Shown piece after piece: positions 17,254-26,473 of a stretch of 64,000 nucleotides of DNA (its first letter is position 1; the number at the start of each line of letters is the position of its first letter). Source of the stretch: a virus; the IMG/VR virus record IMGVR_UViG_3300045988_147882. One strand, written 5' to 3'. The position numbers were made by a program, and so were the translations under genes. Below the pieces are notes generated by a model. It ran no database searches and was not told where the DNA came from. It was given only the letters and a program-made list of their open reading frames with translations.

Positions 17254-17910
17254 ATGACAGAGATTATTCAAGTCTGCCTACTTGATTTTAATAAGGGGCA
17301 GCTCACGGGATTGCCGAAAAATCCACGTTTTTTTCGTGATTACCGCTTTGAAGCGATGAAGAAAAGCATTCAGGATTCGCCAGAGATGCTTGAACTTCGA
17401 GAACTTATAGTTTTTCCCTACAATGATGGCAGATATATTGTTGTTTGTGGTAATTTACGTTTGCGAGCTTGCAAGGAGTTAGGTTATAAAGAACTGCCTT
17501 GTAAAATTCTGGCACCTGATACCCCCGTTAAGAAGTTGAGGGAATATGCCACTAAAGATAATGTCAATTTTGGTGAGAATGATTTGGACGTTATGGAAAA
17601 CGAGTGGAATAAGGCGGAACTCCAAGATTGGGGCATCGAATTTGCCCCGGAGAAGAAAGAGGATGAATTTAAAGAGCGCTTCGATGCCATCACGGATGAT
17701 ACAGCCATTTATCCTCTCATTCCAAAGTATGACGAAAAACATGAGTTGTTTATCATCACCTCAAGTAATGAGGTAGATAGCAACTGGCTTCGTGAAAGGC
17801 TGGATATGCAGCACATGAAGTCGTACAAGACCGGGAAAGTAAGTAAGAGTAATGTAATCGACATAAAAGACGTTCGCCATGCCTTGCAAAATAGTAATAC
17901 CAAGTCATAA
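17254..17910 (+). CDS. Second ParB-like nuclease-domain protein
   Basis: LPKNPR and IVVCGNLRLRACKELGY resemble the ParB N-domain motifs. Confidence 0.65.
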   Translation: MTEIIQVCLLDFNKGQLTGLPKNPRFFRDYRFEAMKKSIQDSPEMLELRELIVFPYNDGRYIVVCGNLRLRACKELGYKELPCKILAPDTPVKKLREYATKDNVNFGENDLDVMENEWNKAELQDWGIEFAPEKKEDEFKERFDAITDDTAIYPLIPKYDEKHELFIITSSNEVDSNWLRERLDMQHMKSYKTGKVSKSNVIDIKDVRHALQNSNTKS

Positions 17911-18631
17911 GCGCCATGACCGGGTGTTCGCTAAAAAGTTGGTGAACGATCCTATCATTTGCGTTGCTGAAAGTCAAGCTGACTTATATCAACAATTTAA
18001 CCCGGAATGTGAAATTGTTACTCATCCTGACGATGTTATGGGCCTCATCCCGAAACGTAACTGGATGGCAAAGCATTTTGGAGAACTTTTCATGCTTGAT
18101 GATGATGTCCATGCCTGCAAACCTATTTATGTGGAAAAAGGAGAACCTAGCCGGATAAAGGATAAAGATAAGATAACCAATATCATTCAGTCATTATTTG
18201 AGATGGCCAGTATGATGGATGTACATCTGTTTGGCTTCACCGCTCGGATATCGCCGGTAATGTATGATGAATCCGCTTTTCTTTCTCTTTCGAAAATGAT
18301 AACCGGTTGCAGTTATGGAGTAATCTATAACAAAAACACTTGGTGGAATGAGGAAATACGTTTGAAGGAAGATTTTTGGATTTCTTGTTACATGAAGTAC
18401 AAAGAACGTAAGGTTTTAACCGATTTGCGGTATAATTTTGAGCAAAAGAACACTTTTGTAAACGCTGGTGGGCTTGCTTCTATAAGGAATCAGGAAGAGG
18501 AACGTAAATCTATCCTCTTTATCAAAAAGAATTTTGGTGATAGTATTTTGCTAAAGAGTGCAACCACTAATGGGAAAGACAAAACAAAGCAGCTCGTTCA
18601 ATATAATATATCATGCAAATTCAAATTCTAA
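17879..18631 (+). CDS. Hypothetical enzyme-like protein (possible glycosyltransferase-type DxD, MLDDDV)
   Basis: 250-aa ORF. The N-terminal IVIPSHKR and LDDDV motifs are reminiscent of GT-A folds. The function is a guess. Confidence 0.3.
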   Translation: MPCKIVIPSHKRHDRVFAKKLVNDPIICVAESQADLYQQFNPECEIVTHPDDVMGLIPKRNWMAKHFGELFMLDDDVHACKPIYVEKGEPSRIKDKDKITNIIQSLFEMASMMDVHLFGFTARISPVMYDESAFLSLSKMITGCSYGVIYNKNTWWNEEIRLKEDFWISCYMKYKERKVLTDLRYNFEQKNTFVNAGGLASIRNQEEERKSILFIKKNFGDSILLKSATTNGKDKTKQLVQYNISCKFKF

Positions 18632-18640
18632 TAGTCTGTA

Positions 18641-18742
18641 AAAAAGGCGTTTAAATGGCGTCCATTCTGTTTGTCATATTCGCCTTTTTTAGCTAATTTT
18701 ACTGATGTAATAAACTAAAAGTCAAACCATTAAATTAGAATT
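18641..18742 (+). promoter_or_regulatory. Promoter/leader repeat, copy 3
   Basis: AAGGCGTTTAAATGGCG ... TCTGTTTG ... TTTTACTGATGTAATAAACTAAAAGTCAAACCA, then ATG at 18743. Confidence 0.55.
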
Positions 18743-19318
18743 ATGATTATAAGAACAGTTTGCGGATATGATTTCTTTGAGGTGAGTTCTGCAATGCAGA
18801 AAGCCATTAGGCGAGCCGACACCGGGGTAGCCGGCTTTTTTGCATTGGAACTTTGGGCGAGTGGGTACCGCGACTATGTGTGGAAGCGTCTGTTTACCAT
18901 TAGTGCTGAAGATTGCTATGGAATCATTACTAAAGAGATAGAAGCATTGTGGCAGGGGCATGAGCTGGTAAACAAGACTGCTACTGAACCCAAAGGGAGG
19001 ATATTTGTCAGTAAAGCTGTTATTCTCCTTTGTGAATGTAGAAAGAATCGTGATGCGGATCATTTGCAAAACTTCATCTATGATAGAAAGGATATTGATA
19101 TAGAAAAGTGGATAAATGATGTCAGGCGTTATCCTATTCCTATTCCAGATTACACTTTCGATGTACATACACGAAAGGGTAAAAAACATGGGAGAACCAA
19201 AGAAGAATTCTTTCAGGAAGAATACAAGGCGTTACAACCTCGTGTTCCTGGTTTATTCGATGATTTGGTTCAACCCAGTCAACCAAAGTTATTTAATGAT
19301 GAAACCACGGCTAAGTAG
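18743..19318 (+). CDS. Stand-alone MgsA/RarA C-terminal-domain-like protein
   Basis: YDFFEVSSAMQKAIRRAD ... LELWASG ... RLFTISAEDCYG resembles the MgsA_C signature as I remember it. Confidence 0.45.
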   Translation: MIIRTVCGYDFFEVSSAMQKAIRRADTGVAGFFALELWASGYRDYVWKRLFTISAEDCYGIITKEIEALWQGHELVNKTATEPKGRIFVSKAVILLCECRKNRDADHLQNFIYDRKDIDIEKWINDVRRYPIPIPDYTFDVHTRKGKKHGRTKEEFFQEEYKALQPRVPGLFDDLVQPSQPKLFNDETTAK

Positions 19319-19366
19319 CTGTGGTTTCTCATTTTTCATATAAGTCAAACCAATTTAATTAAAACA

Positions 19367-20014
19367 ATGAACACGTATTACAAATTTGCGCCAAATGTAT
19401 TTTTGGCAAAGTGTGATGAGAAGCACGAAAAAGGTGAAACTATTGAGGTTACCACCAAGTATGGTAAGGAGAACGAAAGTATAGTATTTAACCTAATCTT
19501 CGAGAAAGATGGGTTTTACTATTACTCCATCGTTAGAGCTGACGGCTTTAATGTTCAAGAATGGGCTAAGCAAAGAGCGGAACGCAGGCATGAATGGGCG
19601 TCATCGGCAGTACAAAAAAGTAATGAGTATTTTCAGAAATCAAATAAACATCGCGATTTCCTTTCTTTGGGTGAGCCTATCAAAGTTGGACACCATAGCG
19701 AACGAGGACATCGCAAAATGATAGATGATGCCTGGAATAACATGGGGAAAAGCGTTGAGTTTAGCGATAAGGCTGCCGAACATGAAAGAGTTGCGAAGTA
19801 TTGGGAAAAAAGGGCTAATACGATAAACTTGTCCATGCCGGAAAGTATAGATTTCTATGAACATAAGTTGGAACAAGCAAAAGAATATCACGAAGGATTG
19901 AAGTCCGGTAAGTACCGACGCGAGCATACATACGCTATGGCTTATGCCAATAAAGCAGTAAAAGAGGCTAAAAAAAATTATGACCTTGCAGTAAAGCTGT
20001 GGGGCGATGTTTAA
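19367..20014 (+). CDS. Hypothetical protein (DUF3560-like)
   Basis: GEPIKVGHHSERGHRK motif. Preceded by the AAGTCAAACCA 11-mer. Confidence 0.4.
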   Translation: MNTYYKFAPNVFLAKCDEKHEKGETIEVTTKYGKENESIVFNLIFEKDGFYYYSIVRADGFNVQEWAKQRAERRHEWASSAVQKSNEYFQKSNKHRDFLSLGEPIKVGHHSERGHRKMIDDAWNNMGKSVEFSDKAAEHERVAKYWEKRANTINLSMPESIDFYEHKLEQAKEYHEGLKSGKYRREHTYAMAYANKAVKEAKKNYDLAVKLWGDV

Positions 20015-20042
20015 TAATCTGTAGTATCTCAAATAATTTACT

Positions 20043-20507
20043 ATGAGAGAATTATCAAAAGAAACCTCATTACAAAGGGTAATGAGGGCTTCAGGTCGTG
20101 TACCTGTACAATGCTCATGCAGTGTTTGTAAACAACAATGTCATACGCCATGTTTAGGTACTCCTGATGATATTGAACGAATTATAGATGCTGGTTATGC
20201 CGACAGGTTAGCACTGACAAACTGGGCTGCTGGTATATTCTTAGGGGTTATTAATATTGCTATTCCGATGATTCAACCTGTTTCCGGCAAAGAGTTTTGT
20301 GCTTTCTTCGAAAATGGACTGTGTATCTTACATGATAAGGATTTGAAACCCACTGAAGGGCGTTTGTCTCACCACACTGTCAGGAAGGATAACTTCAATC
20401 CAACTATGAGTATTGCTTGGAACGTTGCGAAAGAATGGCTGATGCCAGAGAATGAGGATGTACTTTCTCGTGTAGTAAATAAATTCTTGAATGCGAGGAA
20501 GCCATGA
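20043..20507 (+). CDS. Cys-rich protein, YkgJ-like CxxCxxCC-type metal-binding domain
   Basis: CSCSVCKQQCHTPC plus the later CAFFENGLC. Confidence 0.35.
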   Translation: MRELSKETSLQRVMRASGRVPVQCSCSVCKQQCHTPCLGTPDDIERIIDAGYADRLALTNWAAGIFLGVINIAIPMIQPVSGKEFCAFFENGLCILHDKDLKPTEGRLSHHTVRKDNFNPTMSIAWNVAKEWLMPENEDVLSRVVNKFLNARKP

Positions 20508-20836
20508 ATGTGTATCAATCAATACCTCGTAGAGATTGTAGGGTGTTTGCTAAATGTGGGGCAAAATCCTTATCACATTGCCGGCGGCATCGTGGAACTG
20601 ATGGTGAGTGTAAAAACTGTACTCTTATTCATCGCAAACCTCGCAATCGTATTATAGATGCTTCAGGACGTGAGATGAAAAAATGTACACACTGCGGAAA
20701 TTACTTCTACTTGAACCGGTTCTACAATCGTATAGTAGTGAGAAAGGGTAAGGAATATCATTTATTGACTTCTTGGTGCCGCATGTGTATGTCTGAAATC
20801 AATAATCAAAGAAATTTGAAGAAAAGAAATGAGTAG
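20504..20836 (+). CDS. Zinc-ribbon-like Cys-rich protein
   Basis: CKNC, CTHCGN and WCRMC pairs. Translationally coupled to its neighbours. Confidence 0.4.
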   Translation: MNVYQSIPRRDCRVFAKCGAKSLSHCRRHRGTDGECKNCTLIHRKPRNRIIDASGREMKKCTHCGNYFYLNRFYNRIVVRKGKEYHLLTSWCRMCMSEINNQRNLKKRNE

Positions 20837-22514
20837 TATAAATTTATTATATATTGACCTGTTTTGTGGAGCAGGTGGAACCTCGACAGGAGTGGAATCT
20901 GCAAGAATTGATGGTAAACAGTGTGCTAAAGTAATAGCCTGCGTCAATCACGATGCCAACGCCATTGCAAGCCATGCGGCCAATCATCCGGATGCATTGC
21001 ATTTTACGGAAGATATTCGCACGCTGGAACTTTCCCCGCTAATTGAACATCTTGCCAAATGTAAGGCTCAATATCCGGGTGCAGCGGTCGTTCTTTGGGC
21101 GAGCCTGGAATGTACGAACTTCTCCAAAGCAAAAGGTGGGCAACCTCGGGACGCTGATAGTCGCACACTTGCTGAACATCTTTTCCGGTACATTGAAGCT
21201 ATTTGCCCGGATTACATTCAGATTGAAAACGTTGAAGAATTTATGAGTTGGGGTGATATGGACGAAAACGGAAAGCCTATCAGCATGGATAAAGGTAGAC
21301 TATATCAAAGATGGGTACGCAACGTAAGAAAGTATGGCTACAACTTTGATTTCCGTATTCTCAATGCTGCCGACTATGGTGCATATACTACTCGAAAACG
21401 CTTCTTTGGTATATTTGCCAAAAATGGATTACCGATAGTATTTCCACAACCCACTCACTGTAAAAACGGTAAACAAGATATGTTTGGTCGTTTGGAAAAG
21501 TGGCGCCCGGTTAAAGAGATACTGGATTTTTCCGATGAAGGAACAAGTATTTTTCGTGAGAAGCCACTTGCTGAAAAGACAATGGAACGTATCTATGCCG
21601 GCCTGATAAAATTTGTAGCCGGGGGCAAAGATGCTTTTCTTATCAAATATAATTCCATGAGCCGGACTGGAAAATATAATGCCCCTGGGATTGACGAACC
21701 ATGCCCGGTAGTAGCTACGCAAAACAGACTGGGAGTTGCGCAGGTATGCTTTCTTTCAAAACAGTTCAGTGGACACCCCGAAAGCAAGAATGTTTCTATT
21801 AATGAACCAGCCGGAACAATTACATGCAAAGACCATCATGCGTTTGTATCAGCCCATTACGGTAACGGATTTAACCGCTCAATAAATGAACCGTCTGCAA
21901 CCGTAACAACGAAGGATCGGTTATCTCTCGTTTCTCCATATTTCATAGACCAGCAATATGGAAACAGCAAACCTTCATCTACAGAAAAGCCGCTTGGATG
22001 TATTACCGCCAATCCTAAGTACAATCTTGTTAGCTGCAAGCCGTGGATTATGAATACAAACTTCTCCAACGTTGGTAGTAGCATAGAAGAGCCCGCACAA
22101 ACAGTCACTGCAAATAGAAAGTGGCACTACCTAATGAACCCTCAATTTAATAGTGCAGGTGGTTCCGTTGATAATCCATGCTTCACTCTCATAGCACGTA
22201 TGGATAAAATGCCGCCTTATTTGATCGCAACTGAAACTGGACATGTAGTAATCGAGATTTATGATACCGACAGCCCTATGACAAAAAAAATAAAAGAGTT
22301 CATGGGCTTATACGGGATAATTGATATTAAAATGCGAATGCTACGCATACCTGAACTAAAGCGTATCATGGGATTTCCAGAAAACTATGTGTTAATTGGT
22401 ACACAGGCTGACCAAAAGAAATTCATAGGGAATGCAGTCGAAGTTAACATGGCACGTGTTCTCTGTGAATGTATTAGTAAAAAGTTACGTGAACTAGGGT
22501 CAGTTGCAGCATAA
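20829..22514 (+). CDS. dcm: DNA (cytosine-5)-methyltransferase
   Basis: DLFCGAGG (I), ECTNFS (IV), IENVEEF (VI), TRKRFF (VIII), GNAVEV (X). Confidence 0.9.
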   Translation: MSSINLLYIDLFCGAGGTSTGVESARIDGKQCAKVIACVNHDANAIASHAANHPDALHFTEDIRTLELSPLIEHLAKCKAQYPGAAVVLWASLECTNFSKAKGGQPRDADSRTLAEHLFRYIEAICPDYIQIENVEEFMSWGDMDENGKPISMDKGRLYQRWVRNVRKYGYNFDFRILNAADYGAYTTRKRFFGIFAKNGLPIVFPQPTHCKNGKQDMFGRLEKWRPVKEILDFSDEGTSIFREKPLAEKTMERIYAGLIKFVAGGKDAFLIKYNSMSRTGKYNAPGIDEPCPVVATQNRLGVAQVCFLSKQFSGHPESKNVSINEPAGTITCKDHHAFVSAHYGNGFNRSINEPSATVTTKDRLSLVSPYFIDQQYGNSKPSSTEKPLGCITANPKYNLVSCKPWIMNTNFSNVGSSIEEPAQTVTANRKWHYLMNPQFNSAGGSVDNPCFTLIARMDKMPPYLIATETGHVVIEIYDTDSPMTKKIKEFMGLYGIIDIKMRMLRIPELKRIMGFPENYVLIGTQADQKKFIGNAVEVNMARVLCECISKKLRELGSVAA

Positions 22515-22602
22515 AATGGCGTTAAATTGGCGAATGTTCTGTTTGTAAAACTTGTCAATAATGATTACCTTTATAGATGTAAAGAACTAAAAGTCAATCA
22601 AT
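22513..22602 (+). promoter_or_regulatory. Promoter/leader repeat, copy 4
   Basis: AAATGGCGTTAAATTGGCGAATGTTCTGTTTG ... TACCTTTATAGATGTAAAGAACTAAAAGTCAATCA. Confidence 0.55.
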
Positions 22603-22848
22603 ATGAAGAGGAATGAAAAAATAGCAAAATTAGAAAGACTAGGTATTTTCAATCAATGGAAATATAATACAGAAAGAGCAAATGAGACATTTAATATTGA
22701 GTGTCCTGACTTCTCAATGACAAATGAAGAGCGGATGAACAATTTGTTAGATGTTGATTGCTGTTTTCATTGGTTTCTAACTATTTCATTCCCTTTTAAT
22801 AATACTCCTGAAGGCGTTGCTTTTTGGAATGATATTGCAAAAAAATAA
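22603..22848 (+). CDS. Hypothetical protein
   Basis: 81-aa ORF directly after promoter repeat copy 4. Confidence 0.45.
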   Translation: MKRNEKIAKLERLGIFNQWKYNTERANETFNIECPDFSMTNEERMNNLLDVDCCFHWFLTISFPFNNTPEGVAFWNDIAKK

Positions 22849-22874
22849 TTAAAATAAAATTAGAAAGGAATCAA

Positions 22875-23666
22875 ATGATAATAGCATGGTTCAGTTGCGG
22901 TGCTACATCCGCAGTTGCTTGTAAGATAGCATTAAGCCTATACGATGATGTGCATATCTACTATATTGAAACTGGTTCCGGTCATCCCGATAACACTAGA
23001 TTCTTGGCAGATTGTGAAAAGTGGTACAATCAATCTATCCACATTATCCGAAGCGACAAGTACACCTGTGTGTCTGATGTGTTGCGAAAGGGGTATATCA
23101 ACGGCGCGCATGGTGCCGCCTGTACTCTTGAACTGAAAAAGAAAGTCCGCTACAAGTTGGAAAAAGAATTGCAGCACTGGGACGGTCAAGTTTGGGGTTT
23201 CGATTATGACCCGAAAGAGATTAACCGGGCTATCCGATTAAAACAGCAGTACCCGGACACAAAGCCACTATTCCCGCTTATTGAAAAGCAGATTACGAAG
23301 CAGGATGCAATGGGAATGCTTTGGAAAGCCGGTATTGAAATCCCCGCTATGTACAAGATGGGCTATAATAACAACAATTGTATCGGTTGCGTGAAAGGCG
23401 GAATGGGCTACTGGAATAAGATACGAAAGGACTTCCCGGATGTATTTAACGAGGTGGCGCAGATTGAACGTGATGTAGGTGCAACTTGTCTAAAAGATAA
23501 AGACGGACGAATCTTCCTTGACGAACTCCCAACATGGCGAGGTGACCCAGTAGAAGAGATTATACCGGATTGCTCGCTTATCTGTCAGATAGAGTTTCAA
23601 GAGATAATCGACAGGCAGGTAGAACGAGTTTTGAAAGGAGAAATTAGTATTAACGATGTAGCCTAA
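22875..23666 (+). CDS. PP-loop ATPase, PAPS-reductase-family protein
   Basis: N-terminal IIAWFSCGATSAVA (SGGxDS-like) and a C-terminal CIGC pair. Confidence 0.6.
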   Translation: MIIAWFSCGATSAVACKIALSLYDDVHIYYIETGSGHPDNTRFLADCEKWYNQSIHIIRSDKYTCVSDVLRKGYINGAHGAACTLELKKKVRYKLEKELQHWDGQVWGFDYDPKEINRAIRLKQQYPDTKPLFPLIEKQITKQDAMGMLWKAGIEIPAMYKMGYNNNNCIGCVKGGMGYWNKIRKDFPDVFNEVAQIERDVGATCLKDKDGRIFLDELPTWRGDPVEEIIPDCSLICQIEFQEIIDRQVERVLKGEISINDVA

Positions 23667-23688
23667 TTAGGCTCAAAACAAGATAGAT

Positions 23689-24091
23689 ATGAATTTTAAA
23701 TCATTGGTAGCTCAATTAGCAAATCGCATCAATCAGCCGCATGTGGTTGAAACATATATGCGTAAAGTTTTTGCGTCTGGTGTTGAGTGGCAGAAAAAGC
23801 AATCTCCATGGATAAGAGTAGAAGAACGATTACCAGATGAAGAGTAGCGTGTTTTAGTCGGATTTTTATATTACTATAAATACGATGATAGAGAAGCTGA
23901 ATCACGTAAGCATATAGATGTATTCACGTATGAAAATGGTATATGGACTACTGATAGTGATATATCATATTTAGGAAAAGTGTCGAAAAGGATGATATTA
24001 AGGTTATATGTTGGATGCCTATTCTGTCTTTCGATGAAATATTGGAAGCCAACAGAGATGTACTAGAACGGATTAAAAAGAAAGGAGACTG
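23689..24091 (+). pseudogene. DUF551-like gene interrupted by an in-frame TAG (23845-23847) and needing a -1 shift near 23961-23990
   Basis: SPWIRVEERLPDEE-TAG-RVLVGF...ENGIWTT in one frame. The characteristic end KVICWMPILSFDE...GD-TGA is in the -1 frame and overlaps the next ATG. Confidence 0.55.
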
Positions 24092-24508
24092 ATGATGACA
24101 GCAAAAGAATTAAGTAAGTTAATCACTACTGGCAGAAAACTGAAAAAGTTTATTAAAGAAACTCTCCCTAAAATCAGAGAAGAGTTTCAAAGCCATAGCA
24201 ATAGTGGAATAGATAAGCATACAGATGGATTTGGCAGAAGGGAGAGTATTCAGAGTATGAATATAAGTAATCTTTGTTATTTTTCTTTTTCTGGCAGTTA
24301 TGGAAGTGGAGACACATATTCGGATATAGCAAATATGGATACTGATTTGATGCAGGAATACTTTATCAAATATCTGAATAGGCATAAGGATGAAATAATG
24401 GAGGGAGTAGCAGATTTAATGATAAATGATGCAAAATCAGGTCAAGAAGATGCTATTAAGGAAATAGACGAGTATAAAAAATCACTGCTAAAACTATTGG
24501 AGGAATAA
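24092..24508 (+). CDS. Hypothetical protein
   Basis: 138-aa ORF. Confidence 0.5.
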   Translation: MMTAKELSKLITTGRKLKKFIKETLPKIREEFQSHSNSGIDKHTDGFGRRESIQSMNISNLCYFSFSGSYGSGDTYSDIANMDTDLMQEYFIKYLNRHKDEIMEGVADLMINDAKSGQEDAIKEIDEYKKSLLKLLEE

Positions 24509-24529
24509 AATAACAGAAAGGAATAAATT

Positions 24530-24757
24530 ATGCAATACATATTAACAGAACAAGAATATAGAGCTTTGACCCCTATTAGTGAGGTAAATAAGCTCAAAGA
24601 AGAAGTACAGCTTCTTAATGATAAAGTTATGGAGCTTAGTGAACATCCATGTGGAAGTGGCGCAGATTATAGAAGTGTAACCTTTTATTGTGATGATTGT
24701 CCGATTGGTGCGTTTGGAACCGGAACTTGCACAAAGAGTCAACAATATTCTAAATAA
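24530..24757 (+). CDS. Hypothetical Cys-containing small protein
   Basis: 75-aa ORF followed by a terminator-like hairpin. Confidence 0.45.
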   Translation: MQYILTEQEYRALTPISEVNKLKEEVQLLNDKVMELSEHPCGSGADYRSVTFYCDDCPIGAFGTGTCTKSQQYSK

Positions 24758-24792
24758 CACTCAAAATACAGTCTGTAATGAATAAAAGCAAA

Positions 24793-24822
24793 AGGCGGGT
24801 TGCAAAGCCGCCTCCTGTTTAT
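24793..24822 (+). terminator. Terminator-like hairpin
   Basis: AGGCGG-gttgcaaag-CCGCCT followed by a T-rich tail. Confidence 0.45.
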
Positions 24823-25045
24823 TTTAGATGGGTACACACTCTGTCACGTATTCAATTAACTAATAACTGTCACTTACGAGATTGAAAAATGCTTCCCATC
24901 CTACCGTCTAATTGATTTTGGACATCCATATAGCCCCACGGTAGTAAAGCTATAGGAGTCCTTTTAAAATTATGTTTTTCATAAAAATAAAATTAAGTCG
25001 CTTGCACCGTGCAAACGACATCCAAAAGTAACAATTTAAAATAAT

Positions 25046-25477
25046 ATGGCAAAAATTTATGTAGCAAGTAGTTGGAGAAATGTATTTCAACAGGACGTTG
25101 TAGATATTCTCCGTGATTTAGGACATGAGGTTTACGATTTTAAGAATCCCCCACATGGTAATGGTGGTTTCCAATGGTCTGATATAGATCCTGATTGGCA
25201 GAACTGGACAACAGAGCAATATAGAGAAGCGCTTAATCACCCAATTGCGCAGAAAGGTTTTGATTCGGATTTCAACGGTATGCAGTGGGCTGATGTCTGC
25301 GTTATGGTTCTCCCTTGTGGTCGGTCTGCTAACACAGAAGCGGGTTGGATGAAAGGTGCAGGTAAAAAGGTGATGGTTTATTCTCCGAAAAAGGAAGAAC
25401 CGGAACTTATGTATAAGATATACGATTTTGTGAGTGATAGCATATTTCGTATCAATGATGAGATAATTGGAGTATAA
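25046..25477 (+). CDS. Nucleoside 2-deoxyribosyltransferase-like (Rcl/NDT fold) protein
   Basis: KIYVASSW start and RSANTEAGWMKGAGKKV resemble the NDT-family core. Confidence 0.45.
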   Translation: MAKIYVASSWRNVFQQDVVDILRDLGHEVYDFKNPPHGNGGFQWSDIDPDWQNWTTEQYREALNHPIAQKGFDSDFNGMQWADVCVMVLPCGRSANTEAGWMKGAGKKVMVYSPKKEEPELMYKIYDFVSDSIFRINDEIIGV

Positions 25478-25488
25478 CTGTTTTAGTA

Positions 25489-26406
25489 ATGAACATCGGA
25501 ATATTAGCAGTTGACAGTAATTATCCTAATCTAGCTTTGATGAAGATAAGTGCATGGCACAAGGCAAGAGGCGACAATGTGGAATGGTATAACCCTTTGT
25601 GCTCATACGATAAAGTTTATTCGGCAAAGGTATTCTCCTTTACTCCAGATTATGGCTATTACATCAATACCAATCAGATTGAGAAAGGTGGTACAGGGTA
25701 TGACATAAGCAAGGTTCTTCCAGTAGAAGTTGATAAAATAGTTCCCGACTATAACCTGTATAATATTGATAAGAATCTGGCTTATGGCTTCCTTACCCGT
25801 GGCTGTCCTAATCGTTGCAAATGGTGTGTCGTTCCTGCCAAAGAAGGCAACATAACTCCATACATGGATATAGAAGAAGTATCTGCCGGGCGAAAGAACG
25901 TAATACTCATGGATAACAATGTACTTGCATCCGATTATGGATTACAACAGATTGAAAAGATTGTCTCCATGGGCGTACGAGTAGACTTCAATCAGGGCTT
26001 AGATGCTCGCTTGGTAACAGACGACATCGCCCGGCTACTGGCAAGAGTAAAGTGGATGAAGCGCATACGGTTCGGCTGTGACACACCGGGACAGATTGCC
26101 GAATGTGAGCGTGCCACAGCTTTGATTGACAAGTACGGGTACAAAGGCGAATACTTCTTTTATTGTATCCTGCTCAGTGACTTCAAAGAATCGTTTGAGC
26201 GTGTCAATCATTGGAAGAACAAAGGCGGTCGGTTCTTACCGCATTGCCAGCCTTATAGGGATTTGAATAATCCACGTCAAATTATTCCTCAATGGCAAAA
26301 GGATTTAGCCGGATGGGCTGATAAGAAGTGGGTGTTTAGAAGCTGTGAATTTAAAGACTTTACTCCTAGAAAGGGTTTTAAGTGTAGGGAGTATTTTCAA
26401 AAATAA
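25489..26406 (+). CDS. Radical SAM enzyme
   Basis: CPNRCKWC is a CX3CX2C cluster motif in the context FLTRGCPNRCKWCVVP. Confidence 0.75.
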   Translation: MNIGILAVDSNYPNLALMKISAWHKARGDNVEWYNPLCSYDKVYSAKVFSFTPDYGYYINTNQIEKGGTGYDISKVLPVEVDKIVPDYNLYNIDKNLAYGFLTRGCPNRCKWCVVPAKEGNITPYMDIEEVSAGRKNVILMDNNVLASDYGLQQIEKIVSMGVRVDFNQGLDARLVTDDIARLLARVKWMKRIRFGCDTPGQIAECERATALIDKYGYKGEYFFYCILLSDFKESFERVNHWKNKGGRFLPHCQPYRDLNNPRQIIPQWQKDLAGWADKKWVFRSCEFKDFTPRKGFKCREYFQK

Positions 26407-26473
26407 GATTTAATCTTTAGGATTTTATGTTGAACCTAGGTGTGTCTTTAAACAAGATGCACCTTTAGTTTTT

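Noticed and set aside
19316-19366. Same-frame TAG junction between 18743..19318 and 19367..20014, with 16 stop-free codons between them
   Set aside because: The spacer contains the AAGTCAAACCA leader motif at its normal distance from ATG 19367. That indicates an independent start. The same-frame, stop-free spacer is plausibly coincidence.
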